64,000 nt of DNA from Mobula hypostoma (Eukaryota): the NCBI RefSeq assembly GCF_963921235.1, contig NC_086108.1:47060001-47124000 (forward strand). Direction: 5' to 3'. Made by a program: the position numbers and the translations under genes. Below the pieces are notes generated by a model. The model was not told the DNA's origin and did not search any database. It worked only from the letters and a program-made list of their open reading frames with translations. Positions 23,886-37,151 of the stretch are shown one piece after another. Each line of letters opens with the position of its first letter. The first letter of the stretch is position 1.

Positions 23886-26800
23886 TTAAATTCACTGTTC
23901 TTTTCTGTTTTTATTTCTGATGTCCAATGTCTGGATTTTTGTTTATTTTTCAACAATGCTGGAAATGTGGCCTTGCTACCTGTCAAAGATATTCTGAGCA
24001 GGGCTTGTCCTGGGCCATCAGCATGCCTGGATTACATTGTGTGAATCTGTGACCTTGTGCAGAATGTGATGTTAATGGTACACATTTTCTTAGTGCATCC
24101 TCTTTAAATTGACTTCTTCACCCCTGTAGCTTCCATGTGCATGGACCACACTATATTATGTTTATGCAGGTTGCCATTGCTATTGTGGATGCCTTGTTTT
24201 GGGTTATGACCTTGGCTTCACAAACAGGCCTTTAACTGAGAAACTGCAGTACAGTGCTTGGAGAGGGAAGCCTTCCCCTGATCTTGTTGTGGCTGAAGTA
24301 CACTTTTCCTCCACAGATTAGAGTATTATGGAGTGCATAACCTGGACCTTACTCCATCCATTCTTTCACCTTTTCGTACTATCAGCTCACCTCTGTCTTT
24401 TTGTCCGGATTAAGGGACTTGACCTGAAACATTGTCTGTCCATTTCTCTCCACAGATGCTGTCTGTCTCACTGAATATCTTCAGCACTATGTTTGTTGCT
24501 ATAGATACTGGCACCTGCAGTCTCTAGTGTCTCCAAAGTTGAATCGAGACCTGTCATTGTCTTCATGGTTCAGATGCAAAGACGTTCATAAGTGACGTTA
24601 ATAGATCTGGGTTATACAATACTGGGGTGGAAAAAAAAGGTCCAGTTTGAGATTTGACAATGTACAAAACCCAAAGCTATTGGTCAGAATTGTAGATTTC
24701 AGGAAATGGGCTTGAAAATGATTTGGACAATGTAGTGATAAGACATGTTTCTGGCTACCGGACAAAATTGACATGTAGATATATAGTATGTCTAGATGAG
24801 CAAATGGTATGTGTTAAATCAAAAGAATATGCCCATTGTTTTGCTACTTTTGAAACAAACGTTGACATCTCATTGCTACTAGTTTGTTGACTGAACGTAG
24901 CTGACAATCCCAAAAGCAAGTCAAGATTTTAACACCACTATAGCTGAACTAATGATACAACATCAACTCTGTTTCAACAGCTGATGTAGGGTACAGTTGT
25001 GAGAATGCCCATAATATTCTGAACTTGGTATTGCAAATAAACTTTGTTTGCTCCATGTGATTCTAATGTTGGGATTCATATTTCTTAGCTTTGGATATTA
25101 ATTAAGAATGTTAAAATCTGTAAAGTTCTTTGGAGGTTGAGTTCTTCAGAGACAAATTGCATTTACGGGTTGAGCCATTTTTATTTTATTGTAATGTTAA
25201 CATGTCCTTGTTCAACCTGAATCAAAAGAGCTAACGAATGCCATTTATGTGAGTTTTATAAGTGACCTTTTAGATGATGTGTATAATGTTTTCAAGCACA
25301 GCTTCCCATGCTAAAAATAAAATGAACATATGACCGAAGGGCCACTGTAAAATCTTACATTTGTCCTTAGCAGCTGGGTAGAGTGAGGGCTTCCGAGAAT
25401 TTAAGTGAATAGCCCAGTTGAAGGGTTATCAGTTGTTAGCTGCTATAAGATGCCTGGGTCTGGTTGTAGTAGCTGAGACATATGGTGTCATTATTGCGTC
25501 AGGCTGTGACCAGCTGTTGAAGGCAGTGAAAGACTACATTGTTAGATGGTGGCGCCAACCCGGGTAGGCCATCAAAGTAGCAGGAAGTAGTGCTTAGGCA
25601 ACCTAAATATAGACTTGTAGATAGTCCAGTTCCATCCTTTTTACTGAGGAGAAGTTCAGACAGTCTTGACGATCAAGGGAATTTTGCTCAGTTGAAATGG
25701 CCAGTTCATTTAAAAAGCATTAGACTCTTCGAGATTTGCTTCGAAAGCATAAGACGTCTATAAACATTTGGGAATCTATGCCCAATTTGGTTGTGAAATA
25801 ATGTACTGGAAACTCATGTTGTGTGATCTTGCTGGAGCGGGGCCCTTTTATTTTCCTTTTTGCAGAGGAGGTAAAAGATACTTGAGCATCTAAATTTTTT
25901 AAAATTGTGTTTTTTATTTCTGTGCTTAACATTCAGTAGGGGGTATTTTACTATGATAAAATTTAGTGTTGTTTCAGTTCAATGAAATGTAAGAAAGGGT
26001 CTAACAGAATTCTTTATTCAAAATTTTTATACCCGTTTGTGTTCCTTTCTTTGTCATTGATGATTTGTTTGTGGTCAGTTCTATATTTAGTATTTTAAAC
26101 GGTTATATTTCCACTCACAATATGATGTTATTATTTGCTGTTAAGTTATTGATCTGTCCATTCACCATTAATAACCCCTGATCATTAGTTTAGCTATGTT
26201 CATGTAGTAGCAACATTGGATTCCACTGCTTGCTTTTCATGGACCTGATATGGGGTACAGAAGCAAGAAATTCAGGCAAGAAATTCAATTAAAAATATTA
26301 CTAATAACACCTTTTCTGAAGTAAATTGTGGTAAATTATTACTGCAGACAATGAAGAGGCGAGCAAAGGCAAAGTGAATTCCAGGAATGAACTGTGCTGG
26401 TATGTTGCAGAATCAATGCAGATGGAATGAGCTATTCAGAGTGGGGAAGTCGAGGCAAAGGAGTTCCAATGCCTGTACAGCTGGCCTAGGTGTAGGGTTG
26501 GAATGCTTTGGCTGCTGAGCCGATTTAGAGAAATGAAGAACTGTTCGGGTCAGGCGGAGAAATCTGGGCCCTGAGCGCGTTGCTGGGCGCCATGGTCTGG
26601 GCTCAGAACTTTTCACTGCAGTGGTGGCCGGGTCCTAATGTAAGGTATGATGTGCAGTTTGGACAATTTAAATGCTGGCTCAGATAGACTACAAAGACAG
26701 GGTGTTGGGATCACAGGCGAGAGCCGATTTGGCTCGCTGTCCCGCAGTGTTCACTGCTCTCTTCAGGGCACTCAGGCTATGTACTCTGTCCTGGCTTCTG

Positions 26801-27099
26801 GGCTCCGTACTCACTAATATGATGGACTAATACTGAGGTTTTGGGCCTGCACTGGACTGCTCTGGGGTTCGATCTAAGGACTCATTTTGGTTTGGAGTAT
26901 TGTTGTTCACTTTTATAGTTTGCATGATTTGTGGGGTTTTCCCCCCTTTCTCTGCACGTTGGGTGTTGGTCTTTTTTTTAAAATTGTGTTCTTTCGGATT
27001 TCTTGCTTTGTGACTGCCTGTAACAAGCAAATCTCAAGGTTGTATAATTTATACATTCTTTGATAATAAATATACTTTGAAACTTTTGACTTGCTTCTA

Positions 27100-27650
27100 G
27101 GGTGCCTAAGACTTTTGCGCAGTACTGTATTTGTCAACGTGAAGCAGGGAGAGAAAACGTAAATCTGGTGGGACAAAGGATGTTGGGAATGGCAAGGTGG
27201 AGCACTCTGGGAGTGGGGTGCGACAGGTGGCAGAGAAGGAGTGCCAAGGCATGGGTGGTATGAGTGTAGACATACCCGGCCCTGAGACACTGGACTTGGT
27301 CATTTGATTCCAAACAATTGGTTTACTGATTATTACAGAATGTCATTTTCACTCCCGGCCCTTTCTAGCATCTCCAAGCCTGAATGCTTGAAACTGCAGT
27401 GAGCAAAACAGCCCGAATTGTCTTGCTGCTTATTTCTCACCAACTATCAGTGACAAAAATCACTGCTTTCTAAACATAAACACACGTGATTCAATTTAAA
27501 AACTGTTCGCTCTAAGCACGATGTAGTGTCTAACAGCCACACAAGTGCACACGGCTGACGCAGGTTAGAAAATGTTTGACAACAGTCTCCTGCCCCAATT
27601 AAGTGGCACAGTGTCCCAAATAAACAAAGGTAATCCCAGCTATTTTCTCA
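27100..27650 (-). mobile_element. Tc1/mariner (Tigger-like) fragment
   Basis: About 27370-27650 is the reverse complement of about 37930-38210. A Tc1-like end (gggtgcctaagacttttgcgcagtactgta) lies at about 27100-27130. Confidence 0.6.
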
Positions 27651-28428
27651 ATTGTATAGGTTCAATTAAAGTGTTCAGAAGGCACAATTTGAATGCTGTG
27701 AGTTAATTCTTTGAATGTTATGTAACAAGCCTCTTGTTGAATAGATTCTCACTTCATTGACATGTTTGACATAAAAGTCTGAGAGTTGAAATCTCAGAAT
27801 GGACTGTCTGTCAAAATAAGTAACAATTATTTTAATTGGATAACTTCAGTCTAATAGAATCCTGACCTTGAGTACACTGTGTGATTTAAACAAAGAAAGG
27901 GAATTAAATTGATTTGTATTTAGGATTAGAACATAGAACAGAGAACAATACAACACAGGAACAGGCCCTTCCAACCCACAATGTTGTGCTGAACCAAATA
28001 AATTGGTAATCAAATAGCAAACTAAACTAATCTTTATGCCTACACAATGCCCACATCCTTGTATTTTTCTCTCATTTGTGCACCTGTCTAAACATATAGA
28101 ACATAGATTGTAGAAATGACATTTTTATTGTCTAATTGGAAATTCTTGCTGGTTCCTGAGTAGCAACAACTTTGCAGTCCTCAGTGGCTTGAAGAGCCAA
28201 ATTGCTGTGTACACATGTTGATTGGGATCTGAAGCCAGTAGTTCATGTAACTCTGATATTAAAAATGTTATGTGTTGATTCCACCAATAATGCTGACTCT
28301 ACAAAAAAAAACATGACTAATTTATTTTGTGATCAAGAGATCAAAAGGAACAGGTACATGGAGTTCTTATTGCTCTTTAGGGATACTTGGAGAATCTACC
28401 TCACTGAAAGCATATTTAAAAATGCATT

Positions 28429-28575
28429 CAGCAACACACAAAATGCTGGAGGAACTCAGCGGGCCAGGCAGCATCTGTGGGAAAAAGTACAGTTGACGTT
28501 TCAGGCTGAAACCCGTCAACAGGACTGTGGTTGTTGCTCAGATTTCCAGCATCTGCAGATTTTCTCTTGCTTGTG
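28429..28575. mobile_element. PLE terminal-repeat mini-insertion
   Basis: Inverted PLE terminus followed by a direct tail. 15-bp TSD atttaaaaatgcatt at 28414-28428 and 28576-28590. Hammerhead core is degenerate (CTGTTGA). Confidence 0.8.
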
Positions 28576-28879
28576 ATTTAAAAATGCATTTGTTGGTACA
28601 AATGAGAAAATAATGATATGGAATGAAAGAACAAACATGCATTTATGGGCATCAAATATAGCACTAGGATGTTCCAAGTTGATTCAAAGCCACTGAAGTA
28701 CAGTATGTTGCAAGATTAGCCTCAGTTGTACTATTAAGGGCCCATACAAACTGCTGTAATGTAGAGGAACCTGTGATGTAAATGGCTAGGATATTTCAAG
28801 ATCCTCCCATTCTTAAATTGTGCCTTGAATCTCCTCTTTGCTGACAGTAAACACAGGCACACTTCAGGGATACATGCTT

Positions 28880-29790
28880 AGTCCACTGCTCTCTTCTATG
28901 TACACCCGTGAAAGTGTGGCTAGGCACAGCTCAAATGTCGTCTATAAATTTGCTGATGAGATCTCTTGATGGCAGAATTTCATATGGTGGTGGTGAGGAG
29001 TACAGGAGTGAGATAGATCAGCTGATTGAGCAGCGATGCAACAACAACCTTGCACCCAATGTCAGTAAGATAGAATAATTGATTGTAGACTTTAGAAAGG
29101 GGAAGTCAAGGGAATACATACCAGTCCACATCAAGGGATCAACAGTAGAAAGAGTGAGCGGTTTCAAGTTCCTGGGTGTCAACATAAGATCTATCCTGGG
29201 CCCAAAATATTGATGCAATTACAAAGAAGGCATAATGCTAGTTATATTCATTCGGAGTTTGAGGAGACTTGGTATGTTACCAAAGACATTCACAAATTTC
29301 TGCAGATGTACAATGGAGAGCATTCTAACTGATTGCATCACCATCTGGTATGGAGGGACCACTGCACAGGATTGGAAAAAGCTGCAGAAAGTTGTAAACT
29401 TAGCCAGCTCCATCATGGGCACCAGCTTCCCCAGCATCAAGGACATCTTCAAAAGGTGATGCCTCAAAAAGGTGGCGTCCATTATTAAGGACCCCCATTA
29501 CACAGGCCATGCCCTTTCCCCATTGCTACTTTGAGAACATACAAGAGCCTGAAGAGAGGCACAACATTTCAGGAACAGCTTCTTCCCCTTCACCATCAGA
29601 TTGCTGAATGGACAATTGAACGCTACCTCACTATTTTTCCCTCTCTTTGAGCTACTCATTTAATTTATTTTTTATATATACTTACTGCAATTTATAGATT
29701 TTTAAATTATTATGTATTGTAATGTACTACCGCTGTAAGACAACAGATTTCATGACCCTATGCCATGATATTAAACCTGATTCTGATTGA
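28880..29790 (+). mobile_element. Rex1/Babar-like LINE 3' fragment
   Basis: RSLRRLGM...ESILTDCITIWYG. Tail gatattaaacctgattctga. Confidence 0.85.
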
Positions 29791-29804
29791 GGTCTTTTAC
29801 ATTC

Positions 29805-31990
29805 AAGATTCAAGCTTGTTCAAGTTTATTGTCTTTTAATTGTACACATGTATACTGCCAAAAGAGACAACATTTCTCCAGACCAAGGTGCACAGCACAG
29901 TACATATAACTCACATACAAGCAAATTAACAAATAATAAGGTCCATATACAATACAAGTTTAAAAACTCAACAGTATTATGCTACTGGTGCTTCATATGT
30001 GATGAGACCTGAACGGTGGCAAGGAGTTCAGTAGTCTTATAGCCTGGGAGCAGAAGTTGTTTCCCATCCTAACAGTTTTGTCCCAATGCTACAGTACCTC
30101 CTGCCTGATGGTATGGGATCAAAGAGATAGTTGTATGGATGGGAGGAATCACTGACAATGCTGCAAGCCCTGTGAACACAGTGCTCCTGATAAATATCTC
30201 TAATGGGTGGAAGAGAAAACTCAGTGATCCTCTCAACAGTCCTTGCAATCCTTTGTAGGAACTTGTGGTCAGATGCCTTGCAATTTCCATACCAGATGGT
30301 GATGCAATTAGTCAGTACGCTTTCAATAGTGCTCCTATAAAAGTTGGTTAAAGTTACCCGATGGGGGTGGGGAGCTTCACTCGCTTCAACCTCGTCAGGA
30401 AGTGCAGAAGTTGCTGTGCTTTCATGACCAACGAGGTGATGTTGAGCAACTAGGTTAGATCGTTTGTTATGTACATTCCCAGAACTTGGTGCTCTTAACT
30501 CTCTTCATGGAGGAGCTATCTCCGTACAGTCCCCAGTCACCTCTTTGCTTGACAATTGTCCATATTGAGACTGAAATTGTTGTGCTGGCATGATTTTAGC
30601 AAATGCTCTACCTTGTCTTTGTACACCGTCTTGTCATTGTTATTGATGAGGCCAACCACTGTTGTGTCATCAGCAAACTTGATTCGAGTTGAACTGGATA
30701 TAGCTGTACAGTCATGTGTCAGCAGCATGAACAGCAGCAGGCTGAGCACACAGCTCTGGGGAGCGCCGGTGATCAGTGTGATGGAGCTAGAGATGTTTCT
30801 ACCAACGTAGATTGACTGTGGCCTTTCTGGCAAGTAGTCCAAGAGCCATTTATAGAGATGGGTGTTGAGACCCATTGAGGACAGTTTACCCAGCAGCTTC
30901 TGTGGTGTGATTGTATTGAATGCTGAGTTGAAGTCAGTAAACAGCATCCTGGCATAAGAGGCACCGTCTTCCAGGTGGGACAGGGCAGAGTCGAGTGCAG
31001 AGGCTAGGGCATTATCAGTAGACAAATTTGAGCAATAAGCAAACTGGAAAAGGGTCCAATATAGCAGGAAGGTGGGATTTAATGCATCCATAACCAGCCA
31101 CTCAAAGTACTTCATTATTGTTGAGATCAGTTCCACTGAATGGTAGCCGTTGATGCAGGTTACTGTTGTTCTCCTGGGCACTGGTGGCCACCGTGAAACC
31201 TGAGGGGACAGCAGACTGTTCCAGAAAGATGTTGAAGTTGTCTGTTAGAACCTTGGTCAGCTGGTCTGCACAGTTCCTCAGCACCAGGCCAGGTATATCA
31301 TCAGACCCCACTGCTTTATGCGGATTGACCCTGGCTGGGGTTTTCTCCACATCAAGCTGCTGCCAGACAGAGTGCTTGCTCCTCGGGGTGGGGGGGGGTG
31401 GAGGGATGGTGGGGCGTGCTGGGGAAGAGGGGCCTTCTTCGGTGACACATGGTTTTGAGCATCAAACAGAGCATAAAAGACATTCAGCCTCTCAGGAAGA
31501 GAACCACAGGGCGGACGTAGCAGTCTTTTGTGGTCTGAATCTTGTGTCTCTGTTGTCACAGAAATGGGTGCATATTCTCTGTGAATAATCCCAATTTGCC
31601 TTCTTGATGGTGCGGGACAGCACACCTCTTGCTGACTTGAGTCTGTCTTATCCCCTGATGTAAAGGCAACATCCTGCTCTCTCAGCCTTACTCGTACCTC
31701 TGCTGTCAACCATGGCTTCTGATTTGCTCTCACATAGATGTATTTAATAACAGTGACATCGTCAAATGTAGCCAGTCACAGATCTCACATATTCATTGAT
31801 TTTAATGTGATGACCATCAGTAGCTACTTCACTGAACGTGCTCCAGTCCATGTTTTCAAAACAGTCCTTTAATGCTGAGGTTGCTCTTAACATAACAGAT
31901 AAGTGGGGAGGAGGAGCAGCTTTGTAAGTATCAAGGATGATGGTGTAAAACAGGTCGAATGTATTTTCACCTCTAGAAGTAAAGTGCACA
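29805..31990 (-). mobile_element. Rex1/Babar-like LINE (different subfamily), degenerate ORF2
   Basis: NQKPWLT, KAVGSDDIPG, RMLFTDFNSAFNTI, GAPQSCVLS, IKFADDTTVVGLI. Short-repeat tail (ttcaag)n near 29805. Confidence 0.88.
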
Positions 31991-33099
31991 TGCTGATAGG
32001 ATTTGGGGAATTATTGTTAAGTTTTTAATGTTATTTCCAGTACACAGGTGTAAAAGAGAACAAAATATTTGTTCCTCCAGATCAGATGCAGCACAAATAC
32101 ATAATAAGATAAAGAACACAAGAATAACAAAAAAAGCACAATCCTCTCTGATGGGAGTGGGACAAGCAGCCCACGAGCAGGACGGGTATGATTCTTCATG
32201 ATGTTTCTGGCCCTTTTCTAGCACCTTCCTGTATATAAATCCTTCATGGTGCCGGTGATGCATTGGGCAGTTTTGACTACCCATTGTAGAGCCTTCCTGT
32301 CTGCCACCGTGCAGTTTCTGTTCCATGTAGTGACGCAGCATGTTAGGATGCTCTCCACTGTGCATCTGTAGAACCACGTGAGTATAGCATAGTCCAGCTC
32401 TCTTCAGCCTCCTCAGAAAGTAGAGGACCAGAAATCAAATATAGTTTAATATTTCATTTGGAAGATGGCATCTTTTACAGTGTATTACTAAACAAATACT
32501 CAGCCTGGATCAGTACTTGACCAAAATCTCTGGACTGGACTTTGTGACTTCCATGTTGGAATCACACAACAAGAGCAAGAGTGATGTATGCTTGACAGAC
32601 AGGAAACAGTTTGTTTAGTGAGTGTTGTTTGGATTGTAAAGGATTTGATCGTTTTTTTTCATGAGTTCAGTGATGGATCTGCATAATACATTGTTTTCTT
32701 CAAGTAGTTTGTATTTGTAATTTGGAAGCAGAAACTCAAGGTGCTGACAGTGCTAAATGGGTAGGATTTGCTTCTGACCGTACATGTGGAAGACTTTAGG
32801 TGACTAGCTTGGAGGAAAAGCTTCATGTGAAAAGTTATTGACGATGTGTATGTACAAGACGAAGGGTGAAATATTTCTTAAAAATATAAGCAGTTATTTA
32901 TTAAATAAAGAGGGCAAAAGTAGTAAGAATGAGTACAGTCCTTAAAATTAATTTGGTTTTGATGAAGTCTCAGACGATGTAACTTTGAAATCGTATTACA
33001 AGGAGATTCAGGATATTTGAGTCTAGACAAACCAAATTCATCAGGTTGAAGCCCAAAATGGTGAGGTAATTATGAAGAAATAACATGCACTTGTAGTAG

Positions 33100-33800
33100 A
33101 GTGGTCCTCTACTTCCTTAGGAGTTTGTGAAGATTTGGCATGACATCTAAAACTTTGACATCCTTCTATAGATATATGGTAGAGTGTATATTGACCGACT
33201 GCATCGCAGCCTGGTATGGAAACATTAAAGTCCTTGAACGGAAAACCCTGCAAAAAAAGTAATGGATAAGGCCCAGCCAGTGACAGGCAAAGCCCTCCTC
33301 ATCACGGAGCGCAGCTACACGGAGTATTATCGCAGGAAAGCAGCATCATCAGGGACCCCCACCACCCAGGTCATGCTTTCTTCTCGCTGCCACCATCAGA
33401 AAGAGGTACAGGAGCCTCAGGGCCCACGCCACCAGGTTATTACCCCTCAATCAGCATGTTCCTGAACCAAAGGGGATAACTTCATTCAACTTCACTTGCC
33501 CCATTATTGAAATGTTCCCACAAACTTTGGATTCACTTTCAAGGTCTCTCAATTTCATGTTCTCAATAGTTATTGCTTGCTTACTTATGTATTTATTCAT
33601 TTATTTATTATTTTCTTTCATTTTGTATTTGCAGAGTTTATTATCTTTTGCACACTGGTTGTCCACCCTTTTGCTGTGGGCTTTCATTGATTCCATTATG
33701 GTTATTGGATTTACTGTGTATGCCCACAAAAAATGAATCTTAGTATTGTACATTGTGACTTGCCTGTACTTGGATAATAAATTTACTTTGAACTTTGATC
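33100..33800 (+). mobile_element. Rex1-type 3' fragment with gataataaa...tttgaactttga tail
   Basis: Homologous to 5840-6170 and to tails at about 7300, 27070 and 49320. Confidence 0.65.
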
Positions 33801-34598
33801 TTTGAGTGAGAACATTGCCCAGGGCCCTCTTCAGTACTTTCAGGATCAATATCATTCTGGAACCAACAAGAGTTGTGACAGTACCTTCCCTGATCTGCAG
33901 TAATTCAAAAGTTGAATTCAAAGAAGTAAAAGGAGAGGGGAGAAAAATTAAAACTGTATGGTTGCTATCAAGTTATTCAAAATAGTTTGCATTATTTGAC
34001 TGCAAACTTTTCTTCATTGACTGTTTTAACAGTATTTACAGTATATGAATGCAAAGCATCTCAATCTGTGAAAGTTGTTATGTAAGGACATTTGTTTCTT
34101 CATAAAAAGCAATACACTTAATTGTCTGAAAGAGCAAAAAGTTCACAAAACATGAACTGCATATCTGCCATTTTCTATCTTTGCTTGCATATAGGTGATA
34201 TATAAAAGGAAAGAGAAAAACAATTGAATTTGGTCTTTTCATTGGTGACTGACAGGCTAAGTCTGAAAGGGTCATTATGTATATTTCCTTGGGAAATATG
34301 ATTCTTCAGTATTTGTGACTATGTACTGAGGAATGTTCCCTATGAATAGCTAATTTAGTTAGGTGGCAGGGATTTGTACGCAAAATGGAAACTGTTTCGA
34401 CATGTCTATTTTCTCACGTGGCTGTAACCACCCCGATCCATTAGGATAGGAATTGACCGGCCCAAAATTCTTTCTGTAGATTCTTTAGAATCTTACACCC
34501 ACACAGCTGTGACTAAATTGTACTCCAAAGTGCTGCAAGAGAATGTCTTTTACTGTGGAACTTGAAAAATAGCTTCACTGTGAATAGATACAACAAAG

Positions 34599-34725
34599 AT
34601 GAGCTCTGGTGCAGTGCTGCTGCCGTCCAGTAGTTTAGAAAAAGATAGGCGTGGAGTGAACTGCTCTTTCATTGAGGCTGCGGCTGAGCCCCTACCCTCT
34701 CTTTCTGAGTTCTATAACGTTGAAG
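34599..34725 (+). CDS. ABL2: Putative alternative first coding exon (type 1A) of ABL2
   Basis: aaagATG with A at -3, then 42 open codons MSSGAVLLPSSSLEKDRRGVNCSFIEAAAEPLPSLSEFYNVE plus one G and donor G|gtatgt. The phase-1 end splices in frame to 37152 (G+AA = Glu of EALHRP). Resembles human ABL2 1A N-terminus MVLGTVLLPPNSYGRDQD...EASESALPDLT (recalled, not aligned by tool). Confidence 0.75.
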
Positions 34726-35459
34726 GTATGTTATGAGGAAATTGATGTAAAAGTGTAGTTTCTTTATTCCAGTATGCACTAATTTTCTTTATTCACCAGT
34801 ATTAGTAATAAATTAGATTTGTAATTGGCAGATTTTCACTTGAACATAACAATAACAGTAAAGCTGAACAAAATAATAAATAAATGTGTCAAGTGGAAGA
34901 CTGTTTAATATTTAGTGATAGTTTTGATTTATCTAGTATTACGTGTTAATTGTTGGGCATATTATATGATATGATCATTAAGTATTCCTTTTGTGAGGAA
35001 TTACCTCTTCAGATATTTGTTTCTCTAATTAAGAGATGGGCAAGAGATGCTGATAAATGAATTGAGATAGGGAAATATTGCAAAATTTATAATTGTATTG
35101 ATAATGAGATCATGTTCAACAGAAATCAATGTGTTGTCATATTTTCACAATCTCGTTAAAGATACTTGGCTAAAGCTGTATATAGATCTTAACTGAATCC
35201 TGAGATAGAACTGACGAAAATTTTGAAATGCTGTATGTGTCTTCTGCCTGAATTTGAATCAGTTTTGGCACTGATTTACTTTTGTAATACCATTTTTGTC
35301 ACCAACAAATAGAAGTTACAAGATTGTATATTTTGATGATACAATTTTATTGTGGCTAACAGCAAAGATGCTTTTTGGATGTAAAGGCTAGTTCTTCAAC
35401 TACCGCAGTTTGTTGGAATTCTACTTATTTGTTCTTGTCACCATTTTGTTTCTTTGACT

Positions 35460-35940
35460 TATTTCACGTTATTAGCAGTTGTACAAGATATAGTTGGCTC
35501 ATCAGTCAGTGGGTGCCGTCCCGAATCTGGGGTTGGTGGCTGTTCACCTCCATCTTCTTTGATCTTGCAACAGCGCTGAGTACAGCCTCTACTCCAGTTT
35601 GTTCTCTCTGGCCGCCTTGGCACCACCCGCCGCCGCCCCCACCGAACTCGAGCCCGAGGCCGTATCGGTTTCCAGTCGTGGCCGCTATTTCGAGCTCGCC
35701 CCTTTCTTAGGTGGAGGCCTTGGGCAGGTCCAGGCACACGGTGCAGCGCCCAAGTTCATCATATCTCTTCTAACTAGGTGCACAGCATACGATTCGTAGA
35801 TACGTGGTGAGGCTTTAATCTCTTCCACGGAAGATGGCCATTGGCTCACAAGGAGCTCATCCGCCCTTTGTCAGGTCTTATGTTTTTTTAGTCCTGCTGG
35901 TTGTCCTCACACCCTCCTCACCAGACTAAGTCCGGCTCAT
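35460..35940 (-). mobile_element. Unclassified GC/CpG-rich insertion, possibly the 5' UTR of a non-LTR retrotransposon
   Basis: Abrupt GC-rich block in an AT-rich intron, with no homolog elsewhere in the window. Strand and class are inferred. Confidence 0.35.
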
Positions 35941-37151
35941 ACATTGTTTTAACTGTCTTTAAAATCCCAAGCAGAGGTTAGAGGAAGAAAGTTGCTTATG
36001 TTTCTGGACATGTGGCAGGGAGCTGGTACAAGTGAAGGATTTGGAAATGCCCCAAATAGAATTTCGTTTTTCAAAATATAGAGACAAACTTGTCCAAAAA
36101 TACATTCAGTCTCCTATCTAGAAGCACTATTCAAGGGGATCCAATGCAAGTATTTCTGAGGTGTTACTTCAGAATCAAATGTAATCCTCAGGTTGCTTTG
36201 CATTCATTTCATGCTGCTTTACATTTTCAGGCAAAGTAAGATCAAATGCACCGTAATTTGTAAAAGCCTAATGCTCTTGCACCCCCATTATAGTCATGCA
36301 CTATATATTGAGCTATATTACTTTTAATTCCACTTTATGACAAGAAAGGGTGTTCCGTTTCTGCCATACATTAATAATATTTATCAAATCATGAGAGCAC
36401 AAAGCCTCTTTTAATACTATGCATCCTCATCCACACCTATGTATTTCATACTTGGACTTAGTTTGTCATGATATCTTTATCTTTATAGAAGTTTACTGTT
36501 TTTGTTAGTGCATTTTCAGTATGTACTGTGATAAGTGATTTGGATATTTTGATAGGAAAATATAAAAGTTAAATGCTAATGTGCTGTTTGTTAAGTGTTT
36601 AAAAGATATCTTTCGAAGGTTTTGGTTAATTTTAATTTAGTGCATGCAAATACAACTCTTGTATTGAAATAATTATTCCTATCACTGATAAGAACAATTT
36701 GCCATGGTACTGGGCATGAAGTCTTGAAAAATTGTTTTGCCTGATTTGTATCAATTCACAAATGCTTAACGTTACTGTGCCCATTTCATCTTTGGGTACA
36801 GTGACATAATGGTATGTGAGTAGATTGATATCCAAATAACTGAAGTCATAAGTTTAAAACGAACCAGTAATAGAATTTAAACTGAGGTAATTAAATAATT
36901 ATGACAATGAAATAGCTAATTATTGAAATTAAAACTCATCCATTTACTAATCATTTTCAGGGAAGGAAATTTGCCTTTTACCTTTCTGGCCTATCTGTGA
37001 ATCCACAATTAGATCAGTGTTGTTGACAATCTGTTCAGGGACTTATTGGCTATTTTATTGACACCCATTCACCAACTCATAAAAGAATATATAAAATATT
37101 ATTGCTGTGCTTGTTTGTACATTACTTATGAGATTTAATCTCTCTTTACAG

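Noticed and set aside
26348..26399. Possible cassette exon (ctgcag|...|gtatgt)
   Set aside because: 52 nt, not frame-preserving, weak polypyrimidine tract, and no similarity to ABL sequences.
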